A stretch of DNA of 63,567 nt, filler included, from Octopus bimaculoides (taxonomy: Eukaryota), in NCBI RefSeq assembly GCF_001194135.2. It is 4 parts of 4 records of this genome, joined end to end, with 100 filler letters (N's around TTAATTAATTAA, not from the genome) between each part and the next. Parts side by side here need not be neighbours in the genome. Positions count along the whole stretch, not along the records: positions 1 to 28,925 come from NC_068990.1; 3 more parts are not named here. The stretch is one strand, 5' to 3'. The stretch's first letter is position 1. Each line of letters starts with the position of its first letter. The notes beneath the pieces were generated by a model. The model saw only the letters and a list, made by a program, of their open reading frames with translations, searched no databases and was not told the DNA's origin. Both the position numbers and the translations under genes were made by a program. Of this stretch, positions 11,138 to 22,177 are shown one piece after another.

Positions 11138-12195
11138 GTTGTTACAATCATCTGAAATGGAATTGTCAAAGCGCGATATTCGAGCAATTATGCTATTCAA
11201 CTTCAAAAAAGGACGTAAAGCAATCGAAACTGCTCACGATATCAACGAAACGTTTGGTGAGGAAATGACCAGTGAGTGGTCAGTTCGAAAATGTTATAAA
11301 AGATTTCGCAATGGAGACCTGAGTCTTGAAGATCGTGAACGTAGTGGACGCCCATCTGTCATCGATGTCGGTCAATTAAAGACCGTCATTGAGAAAGATC
11401 CACGTAAAACCACTCGAGAACTGGCAAAGGAACTTCAAATTAGCCAGCAAACTGCCTGCAACCATTTGCATGAGACCGGAAAATCAAAAAAGGACGACAA
11501 ATGGGCACCTCACGATTTGAATGAAAATCAGAAAATGCACAGATATGAAATTTTCTTGTCGCTTCTTCTCCGTAACCAGACCGATTCATTTCACGACCGT
11601 ATTGAAACTTGCGATGAAAAGCGTATTCTGTACAATAATGTACAATACGCTCTTCGCAGTGGTTGGACCAAAATGAAGCACTGTAAACCTTCCCAAAACC
11701 TGAGCTCTTCAAAAAGGAGGTTATGGTGACTGCTTGTTGGTGTACTAAGGTGACTATTTGATGGTGCACTGCTGGACTCATCCACTATAAACTTCTTAAA
11801 AACAGGAAAAACCATTACTGCAGAAGCATATTGCCATGAAATTGCCAAAATGAACGAAAAACTGCTACTCCTCCGTCCCAGACTGGTCAACAGAAGAGAG
11901 CCAATCAATCTTCATGACAATGCTCGACCACACGTTTCACTAATGACGCTCCAGAAGTTGAGGGAACTTGGCTACGAAGTTGTCCCCCACCCAGCTTATT
12001 CCTTAGACCTTTCTCTCACCGACTACCACTTTTTCAATCACCTTGATGGTTTCCTGCGAGAGAAGTTCAAAAATCAAACCTATTTGGGAAGTGCATTCAA
12101 AGAGTTCATTAGCTCCAGAACTCCAGATTTTTCTGTTACCGGAATGAACAAACATCTAACTCGTTGTCAAAGAAGTGTTGATTGCACTTAGTCCG
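11138..12195 (+). mobile_element. mariner (DD34D) transposase pseudogene, copy 1
   Basis: LEDRERSGRP, WAPHDL, TCDEKRILY, LHDNARPH...YSLDLSLTDYHFF with 34 residues between the last two Asp. Frameshifted; TIRs not visible. Confidence 0.93.
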
Positions 12196-12607
12196 NNNNN
12201 NNNNNNNNNNNNNNNNNNNNNNNNNNNNNNNNNNNNNNNNNNNNNNNNNNNNNNNNNNNNNNNNNNNNNNNNNNNNNNNNNNNNNNNNNNNNNNNNNNNN
12301 NNNNNNNNNNNNNNNNNNNNNNNNNNNNNNNNNNNNNNNNNNNNNNNNNNNNNNNNNNNNNNNNNNNNNNNNNNNNNNNNNNNNNNNNNNNNNNNNNNNN
12401 NNNNNNNNNNNNNNNNNNNNNNNNNNNNNNNNNNNNNNNNNNNNNNNNNNNNNNNNNNNNNNNNNNNNNNNNNNNNNNNNNNNNNNNNNNNNNNNNNNNN
12501 NNNNNNNNNNNNNNNNNNNNNNNNNNNNNNNNNNNNNNNNNNNNNNNNNNNNNNNNNNNNNNNNNNNNNNNNNNNNNNNNNNNNNNNNNNNNNNNNNNNN
12601 NNNNNNN

Positions 12608-12661
<54 letters not shown>

Positions 12662-12665
12662 AAAA

Positions 12666-13849
12666 CAGGTTGCGATGGGTATTTGAGGACATTTCATTTT
12701 TAGTTCATTACACCTTCAAATTATTTAATGTACCATTTTACTTTTTCAGATAATTCTTTCAAGATATCATGCTAACTCAAGAAATGAAAAGACATACAGT
12801 AATAGTTGCTATACATGCAAACCACAGTGATTTAGAAATTAGCTACTTTCTAAATGCTGCAAGATCATTTGTATACAAAGTTCGGTTGGAATTGGAGGCA
12901 TGTGATGGTTATGTTTCACTTGTATCAAAGAGAAAAAGACATTCACAACACTCAGGCACTAAAAGGACACCGTAATTTATTCAACATGTTCAAAACATTA
13001 TCGATGAAAACCCCAAAAGATCAATGAGGTCCATTGCTAAAGAACTTAGACTGTTAGAGTGGACTATCAGAACTGTGGTACATCGTGATATTCGATACTA
13101 GTCTTATGTAATGAGGAAAGGCCAATTGATGTCTGCAAAGACACACGAAAACCGTCTCATCCGTTCAAAACAGTTACTAAACAAAGTGAAAAAACCCTCA
13201 TGAACAAGGCATGCTTTGGTTTTTCTTTGACAAAATAACTTTGATCAGGATCAAAAGTTTATCAGAAGAAATGAAAATTTAGGAGTAGTGAGTAGCGAAG
13301 GTCATGTGATGCTTCCCCACTTCTTTCCACAGGGTCTTAGAAGTAATGCTGCTGGATACATTGAGGGACTGGAAACTGTTATAAAGCTCTGGATTGATGA
13401 CGTATGCAATGGAAGGCCATACGTGTTTCAACAAGACTCAGTGACTTCTCACAAAGCCCTAGTCACCCAAGAATGGTTGTAAGACAATCTTTACGATTAT
13501 ACAATACCCAATATGTGGCCTCCAAACTTGCTAGATTGGAACCTCATGGACTACTATGTCTGGAGCGCTGTTGAAAGGGAGACAAATCATCATCCTCATA
13601 ATACCAAAGGCTGCCATTGTCCAGGTTATCTCCGATATGAATAAGGACCATATAATGTCAGCATGCCAGCGGTTTCAGTTCCGCATTGAAGCAGTCATCG
13701 AAGTCCATGGCGCTTTCATAGAATAATTTGCTTTAAAAATCATTATCAGGACTAATTGCACAAATGTTTATTCAAATACATATTGATTTATGCTGAAATA
13801 TAGTTGTTTTATTGTATACCAAAACTGTCCTCAAATACCCCTCACACCC

Positions 13850-13851
<2 letters not shown>
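12666..13851 (+). mobile_element. maT/mori-type (DD37D) Tc1/mariner element, near full length, decayed
   Basis: TIRs CAGGTTGCGATGGGTATTTGAGGACA (12666) and the reverse complement at 13826-13851 match 23/26, with TA on the right. QQD...WPPN...LMDYYVW has 37 residues between Asp. In-frame stops. Confidence 0.88.
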
Positions 13852-13895
<44 letters not shown>

Positions 13896-15039
13896 TATAC
13901 ATACATACATACATACATACATACGTATGAATGTATATATGTATGTGTTGTTTGCTGCCTAGTAAGCTTCAGCGATGATGCGCATGCACTAGTTCAACTA
14001 TAGTCAGCAATATTAAAGCCAGCATCATGATAGTAGTTACCGAAATGGCGGCGTGCGTGTATCTTCGTTAGTTTGGGTGCGTGCGAATATGTGCATATGT
14101 GTGCGAACTTATGCATGTGTATGTTTGTGTGTGTATCTTTAAATGTATTTTCGCAGACGTGCACAAACTTTTCACTATCCAACTGGAAACTTAATTCCTT
14201 GAAACAATTTAACCTTATAATAATACTATTTCCACCTCCTCATACTCTTCCCCACTTTATTTTCACCATCCTCATCACGGTCTACACCACCACCACCACC
14301 ACCACCACCACCACNNNNNNNNNNNNNNNNNNNNNNNNNNNNNNNNNNNNNNNNNNNNNNNNNNNNNNNNNNNNNNNNNNNNNNNNNNNNNNNNNNNNNN
14401 NNNNNNNNNNNNNNNNNNNNNNNNNNNNNNNNNNNNNNNNNNNNNNNNNNNNNNNNNNNNNNNNNNNNNNNNNNNNNNNNNNNNNNNNNNNNNNNNNNNN
14501 NNNNNNNNNNNNNNNNNNNNNNNNNNNNNNNNNNNNNNNNNNNNNNNNNNNNNNNNNNNNNNNNNNNNNNNNNNNNNNNNNNNNNNNNNNNNNNNNNNNN
14601 NNNNNNNNNNNNNNNNNNNNNNNNNNNNNNNNNNNNNNNNNNNNNNNNNNNNNNNNNNNNNNNNNNNNNNNNNNNNNNNNNNNNNNNNNNNNNNNNNNNN
14701 NNNNNNNNNNNNNNNNNNNNNNNNNNNNNNNNNNNNNNNNNNNNNNNNNNNNNNNNNNNNNNNNNNNNNNNNNNNNNNNNNNNNNNNNNNNNNNNNNNNN
14801 NNNNNNNNNNNNNNNNNNNNNNNNNNNNNNNNNNNNNNNNNNNNNNNNNNNNNNNNNNNNNNNNNNNNNNNNNNNNNNNNNNNNNNNNNNNNNNNNNNNN
14901 NNNNNNNNNNNNNNNNNNNNNNNNNNNNNNNNNNNNNNNNNNNNNNNNNNNNNNNNNNNNNNNNNNNNNNNNNNNNNNNNNNNNNNNNNNNNNNNNNNNN
15001 NNNNNNNNNNNNNNNNNNNNNNNNNNNNNNNNNNNNNNN

Positions 15040-15910
15040 GGAGACCTGAGTCTTGAAGATCGTGAGCGTAGTGAACAACCATCTGTCATCGATGTCGGCC
15101 AATTAAAGACTGTCATTGAGAAAGATCCACGTAAAATCACTCGAGAACTGACAAAGGAACTTCAAGTTAGCCAGCAAACTGCCTGCAACCATTTGCATGC
15201 GACCGGAAAATCAAAAAAGGACGACAAATGGGTACCTCACGATTTGAATGAAAATTAGAAAATGCACAGATATGAAATTTTCTCGTCGCTTCTTCTCCGT
15301 AACCAGACCGATTCATTTCGCGACCGTATTGAAACTTGCGATGAAAAGTGGATTCTGTAGAATAATAAAAATCGTTCTTCGCAGTGGTTGGACCAAAATG
15401 AAGCACCGAAAACCTTCCCAAACCCGAGCTTTTCAAAAAGGGGGTTATAGTGACTGTTTGGTGGTGTACTTCTGGATTCATCCACTATAAACTTCTTAAA
15501 ACCAGGAAAAACCATTACTGCAGAAACATATTGCCATGAAAGTGGCAAAATGAACGAAAAACCGCCACTCTTCCGTCCCAGACTGGTCAACAGAAGAGAG
15601 CCAATCATTCTTCATGACAATGCTCGACCACACTTTTCACTAACGACGCTCCAGAAGTTGAGGAAACTTGGTTACGAAGTTGTCCCCCACCCAGCTTATT
15701 CCTTAGACCTTTCTCCCACCGACTACCACTTTTTCAATCACCTTGACGGTTTCCTGCAAGAGAAGGAGTTCAAAAATCAAACCAATTTGGAAAGTGCATT
15801 CAAAGAGTTCATCAGTTCCAGAACTCCAGATTTTTGTTACCGGAGTAAACAAACTTCTAACTCGTTGTCAAAGATGTGTTGATTGTAATGGTACTTTGAT
15901 GAATAAAATT
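15040..15910 (+). mobile_element. mariner (DD34D) transposase pseudogene, copy 2, close relative of copy 1
   Basis: Colinear and highly similar to 11325-12190 (LHDNARPH, YSLDLSPTDYHFF) but with different stops. 5' end lies in the gap. Confidence 0.93.
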
Positions 15911-15959
15911 TACTGTTATATACTATTCTAAGAACACTTTCCCACCCATCAGAGAGTAA

Positions 15960-16170
15960 AGAGTAAAGATAGGATGTAGCAGTCCAAAGACTCGTTAACG
16001 CTGTAGCGCTAACTTGACTCTAATCGGAAGCTCTTTTAGTCTTAATACTTATTTTAACTAGCTGAGTAGACTGCAGCAACGAGAGGTAAAATGCCTGGCT
16101 CGGAGTAAGATCGAACCCATGACCTTCTTTATGATCGAGAACTCTCTTGCCTAGCCACTAGGCTACGCGC
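15960..16170 (-). mobile_element. Old tRNA-derived SINE
   Basis: Minus strand GCGCGTAGCCTAGTGGCTAGG (A box) and GGGTTCGATC (B box), followed by CAGTCTACTCAGCTAG...AAATAAGTA. Confidence 0.6.
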
Positions 16171-16324
16171 TGTTCCAGCTACCAGACGGAACACCTATAA
16201 CAAAAACGCTTACATAATAGTAGTAGTATCAATAACATCATTAAATCTAAATATCATTGTTAGGACTACAACATTAATAATAAATACAGATGAACAACTT
16301 ACAGGAACAGAATGAAACGAAAGG

Positions 16325-16856
16325 CAAAATATAGTATTGCTGACGAGTTAGTGCGCCGACTTGACCAACACCGTCTAGCATGTTTCCGCTCAGCCTCCGA
16401 GCCTCACAGCAGACTTTTCCTCAATGCGGTGCCATCACTCGCAACTCGCACTCTGCTCGATGCCGACTACCTGCGCATCAGCTTTTCCTTGAGGCTTGGT
16501 CTCCAGATCTCTGAGCCTCACGAATGCCGCTGCAAATCCATTGTGGATTCTTTCGGCCTCCACCAAGTCATGCCATCATAGTGCCGCCCACTTTGCACGC
16601 CATGCCGCCCTGAACAAGATCATAAAGTATGACCAAGACGCCGCAGATTCCTCTTCCCAGCTCGAGCTAGCGGGACTAGACCGAGGGGGCGGTAGAAGGC
16701 CGGACGATGTGACAATTCTCCCGTTCCGTGGCGGTAGGCCTCTCATCTCTTTCATGTGGGATGTCACATGCTGTGACAACTTCTCCAGCGGTAACTTGGT
16801 GTTGTTAGTTACCAGCCCAGGTTCCGTTGCTCGTAAGGCTGAGAGAAAAAAAGACT
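16325..16856 (+). mobile_element. CRE-like (restriction-like endonuclease) non-LTR retrotransposon, C-terminal part 1
   Basis: FLNAVPS...LRLG...PHECRCKSIVDSFGLH; RHAALNKIIK...GLDRGGGRRPDDVTILPF...MWDVTCCD...GSVARKAERKK. This is the zinc knuckle, RHD-like and PD..D RLE motif order. Confidence 0.75.
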
Positions 16857-19800
16857 TGTAACGGAGTGGTTATGTTGAAGATGAAGATGTTGATGCTGAT
16901 ACTAATGCTGATGCTAATGTTGACGCTGATACTACCTCCACGAAAGAAGGACACTGGCCGAAGTTGTTGATAGCATATTTTATTCACCGTTATATATTAT
17001 GTAAAGCCAAACCACGACAGACAGGCATGTCTATAAACAATCGGAATGCATGCTGTGTATCGAGAGTTATATTTCTTGAAGGAGTGTTGCTGTTTTGTTT
17101 TTGCCAACGTCTAGATGGTAGAATAGGGAATAGAGAGTGATGGAGTGCTTGAAAGTTTAAAATATAGATAGCATGAGACTGACATGTCCCTTGTCAATTT
17201 ACCAGCAGTCGATAGATAGAGTGACGTTACTGAAGCGAAAGCTGAGCGAATAAGAAACTGAGAGAATGGCAGACAATTGTATTTGGTAAGATACTAGCTC
17301 TGGCTCTTTGTCGGTACCTCTATGTTGACGGTCGAGTTCTCTCTGCCTTTTCTTCTTAATGAACGCCTTTATTTATAGGGGTATACACCGGCTAGAAAAA
17401 TGGATATACCATTATAATGATAGTTAAATCAATGTAGGTTACTTATTATCAATCTGAACTTCTTATGCACATGTAGTAACGCCGTGCGCATGCGTAGTCT
17501 CACGCATGCGTGGAATTCAACATCCAAGCTTTCCCGCTTTATTCTGTCTCTTTCTTGCTGGCCAGCGATTGAGCAAGGACGTGTCTAGCTGTCTCTCCAT
17601 CTTTCGAACTCACGCTAGACAGCTCACATCAATATACCAACGTCCCAACAACCATGTTCTCACACACCGAAGGCGTCTCAACAAACAAGATGAAAGATGT
17701 ATATTTTCCACCATGAATAAATATTGTTTGTGTTGATAGTTTGGAGTTCTGCGTTGCCGTTAATTCCTAATTTAATATAGGAAAGTCANNNNNNNNNNNN
17801 NNNNNNNNNNNNNNNNNNNNNNNNNNNNNNNNNNNNNNNNNNNNNNNNNNNNNNNNNNNNNNNNNNNNNNNNNNNNNNNNNNNNNNNNNNNNNNNNNNNN
17901 NNNNNNNNNNNNNNNNNNNNNNNNNNNNNNNNNNNNNNNNNNNNNNNNNNNNNNNNNNNNNNNNNNNNNNNNNNNNNNNNNNNNNNNNNNNNNNNNNNNN
18001 NNNNNNNNNNNNNNNNNNNNNNNNNNNNNNNNNNNNNNNNNNNNNNNNNNNNNNNNNNNNNNNNNNNNNNNNNNNNNNNNNNNNNNNNNNNNNNNNNNNN
18101 NNNNNNNNNNNNNNNNNNNNNNNNNNNNNNNNNNNNNNNNNNNNNNNNNNNNNNNNNNNNNNNNNNNNNNNNNNNNNNNNNNNNNNNNNNNNNNNNNNNN
18201 NNNNNNNNNNNNNNNNNNNNNNNNNNNNNNNNNNNNNNNNNNNNNNNNNNNNNNNNNNNNNNNNNNNNNNNNNNNNNNNNNNNNNNNNNNNNNNNNNNNN
18301 NNNNNNNNNNNNNNNNNNNNNNNNNNNNNNNNNNNNNNNNTATATGTCGCATTCACACTCTCACATACACATACATCTTTTATGCCACACTAAATATCTC
18401 TTGTTATTCATTTTATACGGTTGTGTTTATCATCTTCTATCGTCTCCCTTTTACTGGCCATATGTTATCGTAGTATAACATATCATGTATATCATCTTTG
18501 ATATATTATTTTGTGTTCGACCGTGTGACACGTTTAAATAAAAGGAGTCCTCTGTTTTTCCATTCGTCACCATTTCTCCTTGTCGTCACTGTAAAACTGG
18601 ACATCATTACCACCGTCAACACCATTACCACCACACATACAGAACACAGCTATATTACAGTTTCTGCGCCGAGGTCTTCTCCATCAATGTACTGTCTACC
18701 ACAATGTCGTGCGCCAACAACCCCACCACCAAGTACACAAGCAACCAATATCAACACACTCGGTTTTATCTTCACTGTATGAGCGGATTATCTACTCACG
18801 GACAACAGTCAGAACTAACCGACTAGGATATTTAATACCAGGTAACAGGTCGCAACTAGCATCCGACGCTCAACTACAGCTCTGCTCACTGACCACGACT
18901 TCCTGCGTATTAACATTCCAAATCTCCTTGTGTAACTTTTATAGAATATTCCGTAACAGGTAACAGGCCTCAACTAGCATCCGACGCTCAACTACAGCTC
19001 TGCTCCTTTGACCACAACTTCCTGCGTATGGACATACTATAATCTTGTGTAACTCTTATACGAACTGGATTTTTTTCTCTACAGACACTTTTACTATGTT
19101 CTGTGTTTTTTTTCTCTCTCACACACACACTTGTGCACTCATATATTTTCTTTCCTTTCAGAAACATTGCATGCATGTATCACACGAGTGTACATTTCAT
19201 TTCTTCCATTTTTCTTTGTGTGTGTTTGTGCTACATCTTGTGGGTGGNNNNNNNNNNATTCTGTCTCTTTCTTGCTGGCCAGCGATTGAGCAAGGACGTG
19301 TCTAGCTGTCTCTCCATCTTTCGAACTCACGCTAGACAGCTCACATCAATATACCAACGTCCCAACAACCATGTTCTCACACACCGAAGGCGTCTCAACA
19401 AACAAGATGAAAGATGTATATTTTCCACCATGAATAAATATTGTTTGTGTTGATAGTTTGGAGTTCTGCGTTCCGTTATATTTCTAATTTAATATAGGAA
19501 AGTCAGGTGTACATCTAATGATGTATAGCCCACTTTCCTATACACAGAAAGTCATGACTCACATAGATCAGCGTTCCTTTTTGACAGGACAAAGGGATGC
19601 ATTGCTAGAAAGAATTTCCAGACTCGATTTCGAATCTCAATTAGGGAAAGAAATTCTATTTCCACATTACCTCCTCCCTAGGAAAGATGCATGCGTGTGT
19701 GCAAAAAAAATAAAAATAAAAATAATAATAAAATAAACATTTCTAAAGGGAGCGAAAAATGTACGTGCAAGAGAATGTAACAATACATAGGAATGACAAA

Positions 19801-20055
19801 GTTCATACAAAATATAGTTCGTTGTTTGAATTGAAATAAAATATTCAGTCAATTCCACTAGGATAGAACTCAAACAGAATCAATCTTAATTGAACACAAT
19901 TAAGAAATCGTCTGTATAAAAAGCGTTTTCTGTTTCATTGTTAATAAATTGTTTTTTCTGCGGCAGAGTCAATTGGGTTATGTGTGCAGAAATTGTGTAT
20001 AAGCATGAAAATGTTTTGACATGTAGAATCAGATGCTTTCAATGACATTTCCACA
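16857..20055 (-). mobile_element. LTR-type insertion (composite or solo LTR with nested pieces) splitting the CRE-like element
   Basis: Begins TGTAACGG and ends TTTCCACA, flanked by GACT/AACT (4 bp, one mismatch). Minus-strand TATA box (TTATTTATAG on +) near 17380. Internal segments resemble the LTR at 20858 in opposite orientation. Confidence 0.6.
17540..19505 (+). repeat. Near-identical ~250 bp direct repeats (17540-17788 and 19257-19505), possibly an LTR pair
   Basis: Both read ATTCTGTCTCTTTCTTGCTGG...AATATAGGAAAGTCA and contain AATAAA. Both abut N gaps, so an assembly duplication is not excluded. Confidence 0.6.
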
Positions 20056-20330
20056 AACTGACAAGGTATCGGTCGCTCTCTGACAGATTTTTGGTCGTGA
20101 CTGTGGAAGTTGAGACCTCCGGTGTCTTTGGTCCTCGGACCATATCCCTGCTCACCGCTATCGAGACAGAAATTGCTGTCCGCAAATGCGAGCTCCGCGA
20201 GCCAGAGTGGCTGTTCCAGCGCATCTCCCTCGCTGTCCTCCGGGGCAGTGCCTTTTCCATTTTGTCTGCTGCTACCATGAGAAATGTTACTATATTGTGA
20301 GAGGCAATATTCTCCATATGTGAGTAATAC
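20056..20330 (+). mobile_element. CRE-like element, C-terminal part 2
   Basis: Resumes LTRYRSLSDRFLVVTVEVETSGVFGP...WLFQRISLAVLRGSAFSIL, the expected continuation of AERKK. Confidence 0.75.
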
Positions 20331-20499
20331 AAACAGAAGGGGGAAAACATCAACATCTTTGAAAGATATTTATTATTACTGTAATGTGAATAGAATTATT
20401 TCTAGAAGAGCAAAAGCAACGCCTGCATAGATGACTTGTTTACAGTGATCAAATGTTTGTGCTGTACATTAGCTCACGCTGAAAGGCAACCGCAGCATT

Positions 20500-20640
20500 A
20501 GATAACAAACTGGCGGAGTCATTAAAGTGTCAGATAAAATGATTTGCGGTGTTCGTCCCAGTACTCTGCGCTCTAAGTTCAAATGTCACGGAGATCAACT
20601 TTGCCCTTTCTTCTGTCGGAGGTCAGCTAATAAAGAGCCA
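20500..20640 (+). mobile_element. Old SINE family A head
   Basis: CTGGCGGAGTCATTA...AAGTTCAAATGTCACGGAGATCAACTTTGCCCTTTC aligns with the 745-981 SINE. Confidence 0.55.
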
Positions 20641-20857
20641 ATCTAGTATAGGGGCCAGTTCTTCTCTTCCTCCTCCCCTCTCTCTCTTTCTATATATATA
20701 TATATAGATAGATAGATAAAAATTTGTTATGGTCAAACTCAGAGTCGATTGGACTCTAGTAGGTTTACAAAAATAAATATCCAAGACAAACCCTATGTCA
20801 AGACGACGCTCCTACGATTCCATTAGGAGTTAAAGGTACAAATTAAGGTGAACATAG

Positions 20858-21860
20858 TGTGGAGAACGACCGTGCGAACCAAAGGAGAATGGCGACGAAC
20901 GGAAGAGGCTCTTTTTAACGCGTCGCACGGTTGACACAAAAACATACTATATGACATGCGAGGGCTCACATGTGTAATACCAGTAAGGAAAGAAAGAGAG
21001 AGAGAGAAACAACCGTTAGGTATATAGAGAGAGTAAGTTTATTAACATAGTGAAACTGTGTGTCTATGTGTGCGTGCATGCGGCAGTATAAGTAATACAA
21101 TACATAAGACAGGCCTTCTTGTATAAGAGTGTGTATACATAAATGTGTGTATGTGAATGAGAAACACAGAGCATAGAATAAGTGTCTTTAACATAGACTA
21201 TAAGAGCCCTGAACACAAGATAAGAAAGTACCAGTTCATAGAAGAATTTCACAGTAGGTAGAATGTTCGTACGCAAGAAGTTGTGGGCGAATAGCAGAGC
21301 TGTGGTGTCACATGCTGTGTGTGAAGTTGAGCGTCGATGCTGAGCTGGCAACTTGGTACAGAAGGTTCTCGCAGGTTGTTCTGACTGTTATCTTCATGGT
21401 GGAAACAATCCACACAAACAGTGTTGAGAAGGAACCGAGGTTACTGTTGTTGGTGTGTACTCTGGTGGTGGTGTTGGCGCTGGCGACGACATTGTAAAAG
21501 ACAGCAGATTAGTGGTGTTGACGTCGTCGCTGGAAACTGGCTGGAGCTGTGTTCTGTGAGATGGTCTACGACTAGACGTGAAAAGGTCTGAGGTCGCGAC
21601 AAACTGGCGTGGATAAAAGGCTTATTTATAGATAAAAAAGGGCTCACCGGAAAAGGCAGAAAGACTCTCTCACGTGACCTTAACAGAAGGCCACGATTGG
21701 TTGATATGCACCCTGGCGCGAAACAGAATTGTAGACAAATGCCGCACAAATAAGAGCCAATCAGGGTGGTGGACACAACGGTCCAAGCGGGCCGAAGCTA
21801 GATGTTAGCCGCTACGTTATCATTTGTAAATAAATACCCGAGAGAGAAGGCTCTGCTACA
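20858..21860 (-). mobile_element. Gypsy-type solo LTR (about 1003 bp)
   Basis: TGTGG...CTACA termini with a perfect 4-bp TSD ATAG (20854-20857 and 21861-21864). Minus-strand TATA near 21625. No coding sequence. Confidence 0.8.
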
Positions 21861-22177
21861 ATAGAAAAACCTAGAGCATACTTTGGTGCTCAGTATAGTC
21901 TTCAACTAGGCAGAGACATCCTGTGTGCCGTAGTTTTGCTCTATCTGAACTGACCTAGGGGTAAGCAACAACTAATATTTTGACATCGATGCCTTTGAGT
22001 TTGATTAAATTCAATTCTATGTCGAAGATTCGGTCAAATAGCTCTGCTATGCAATTGCTCTGCAAGTGCAGATTATAAGAGTGCTACGTTAACTTAGTTT
22101 GTTTATATTATTCTGATCAACAGCGTACATTACTTAACAGCAATTTCCATTTTTAGGTTCTGAATCAAAATTAAGTG

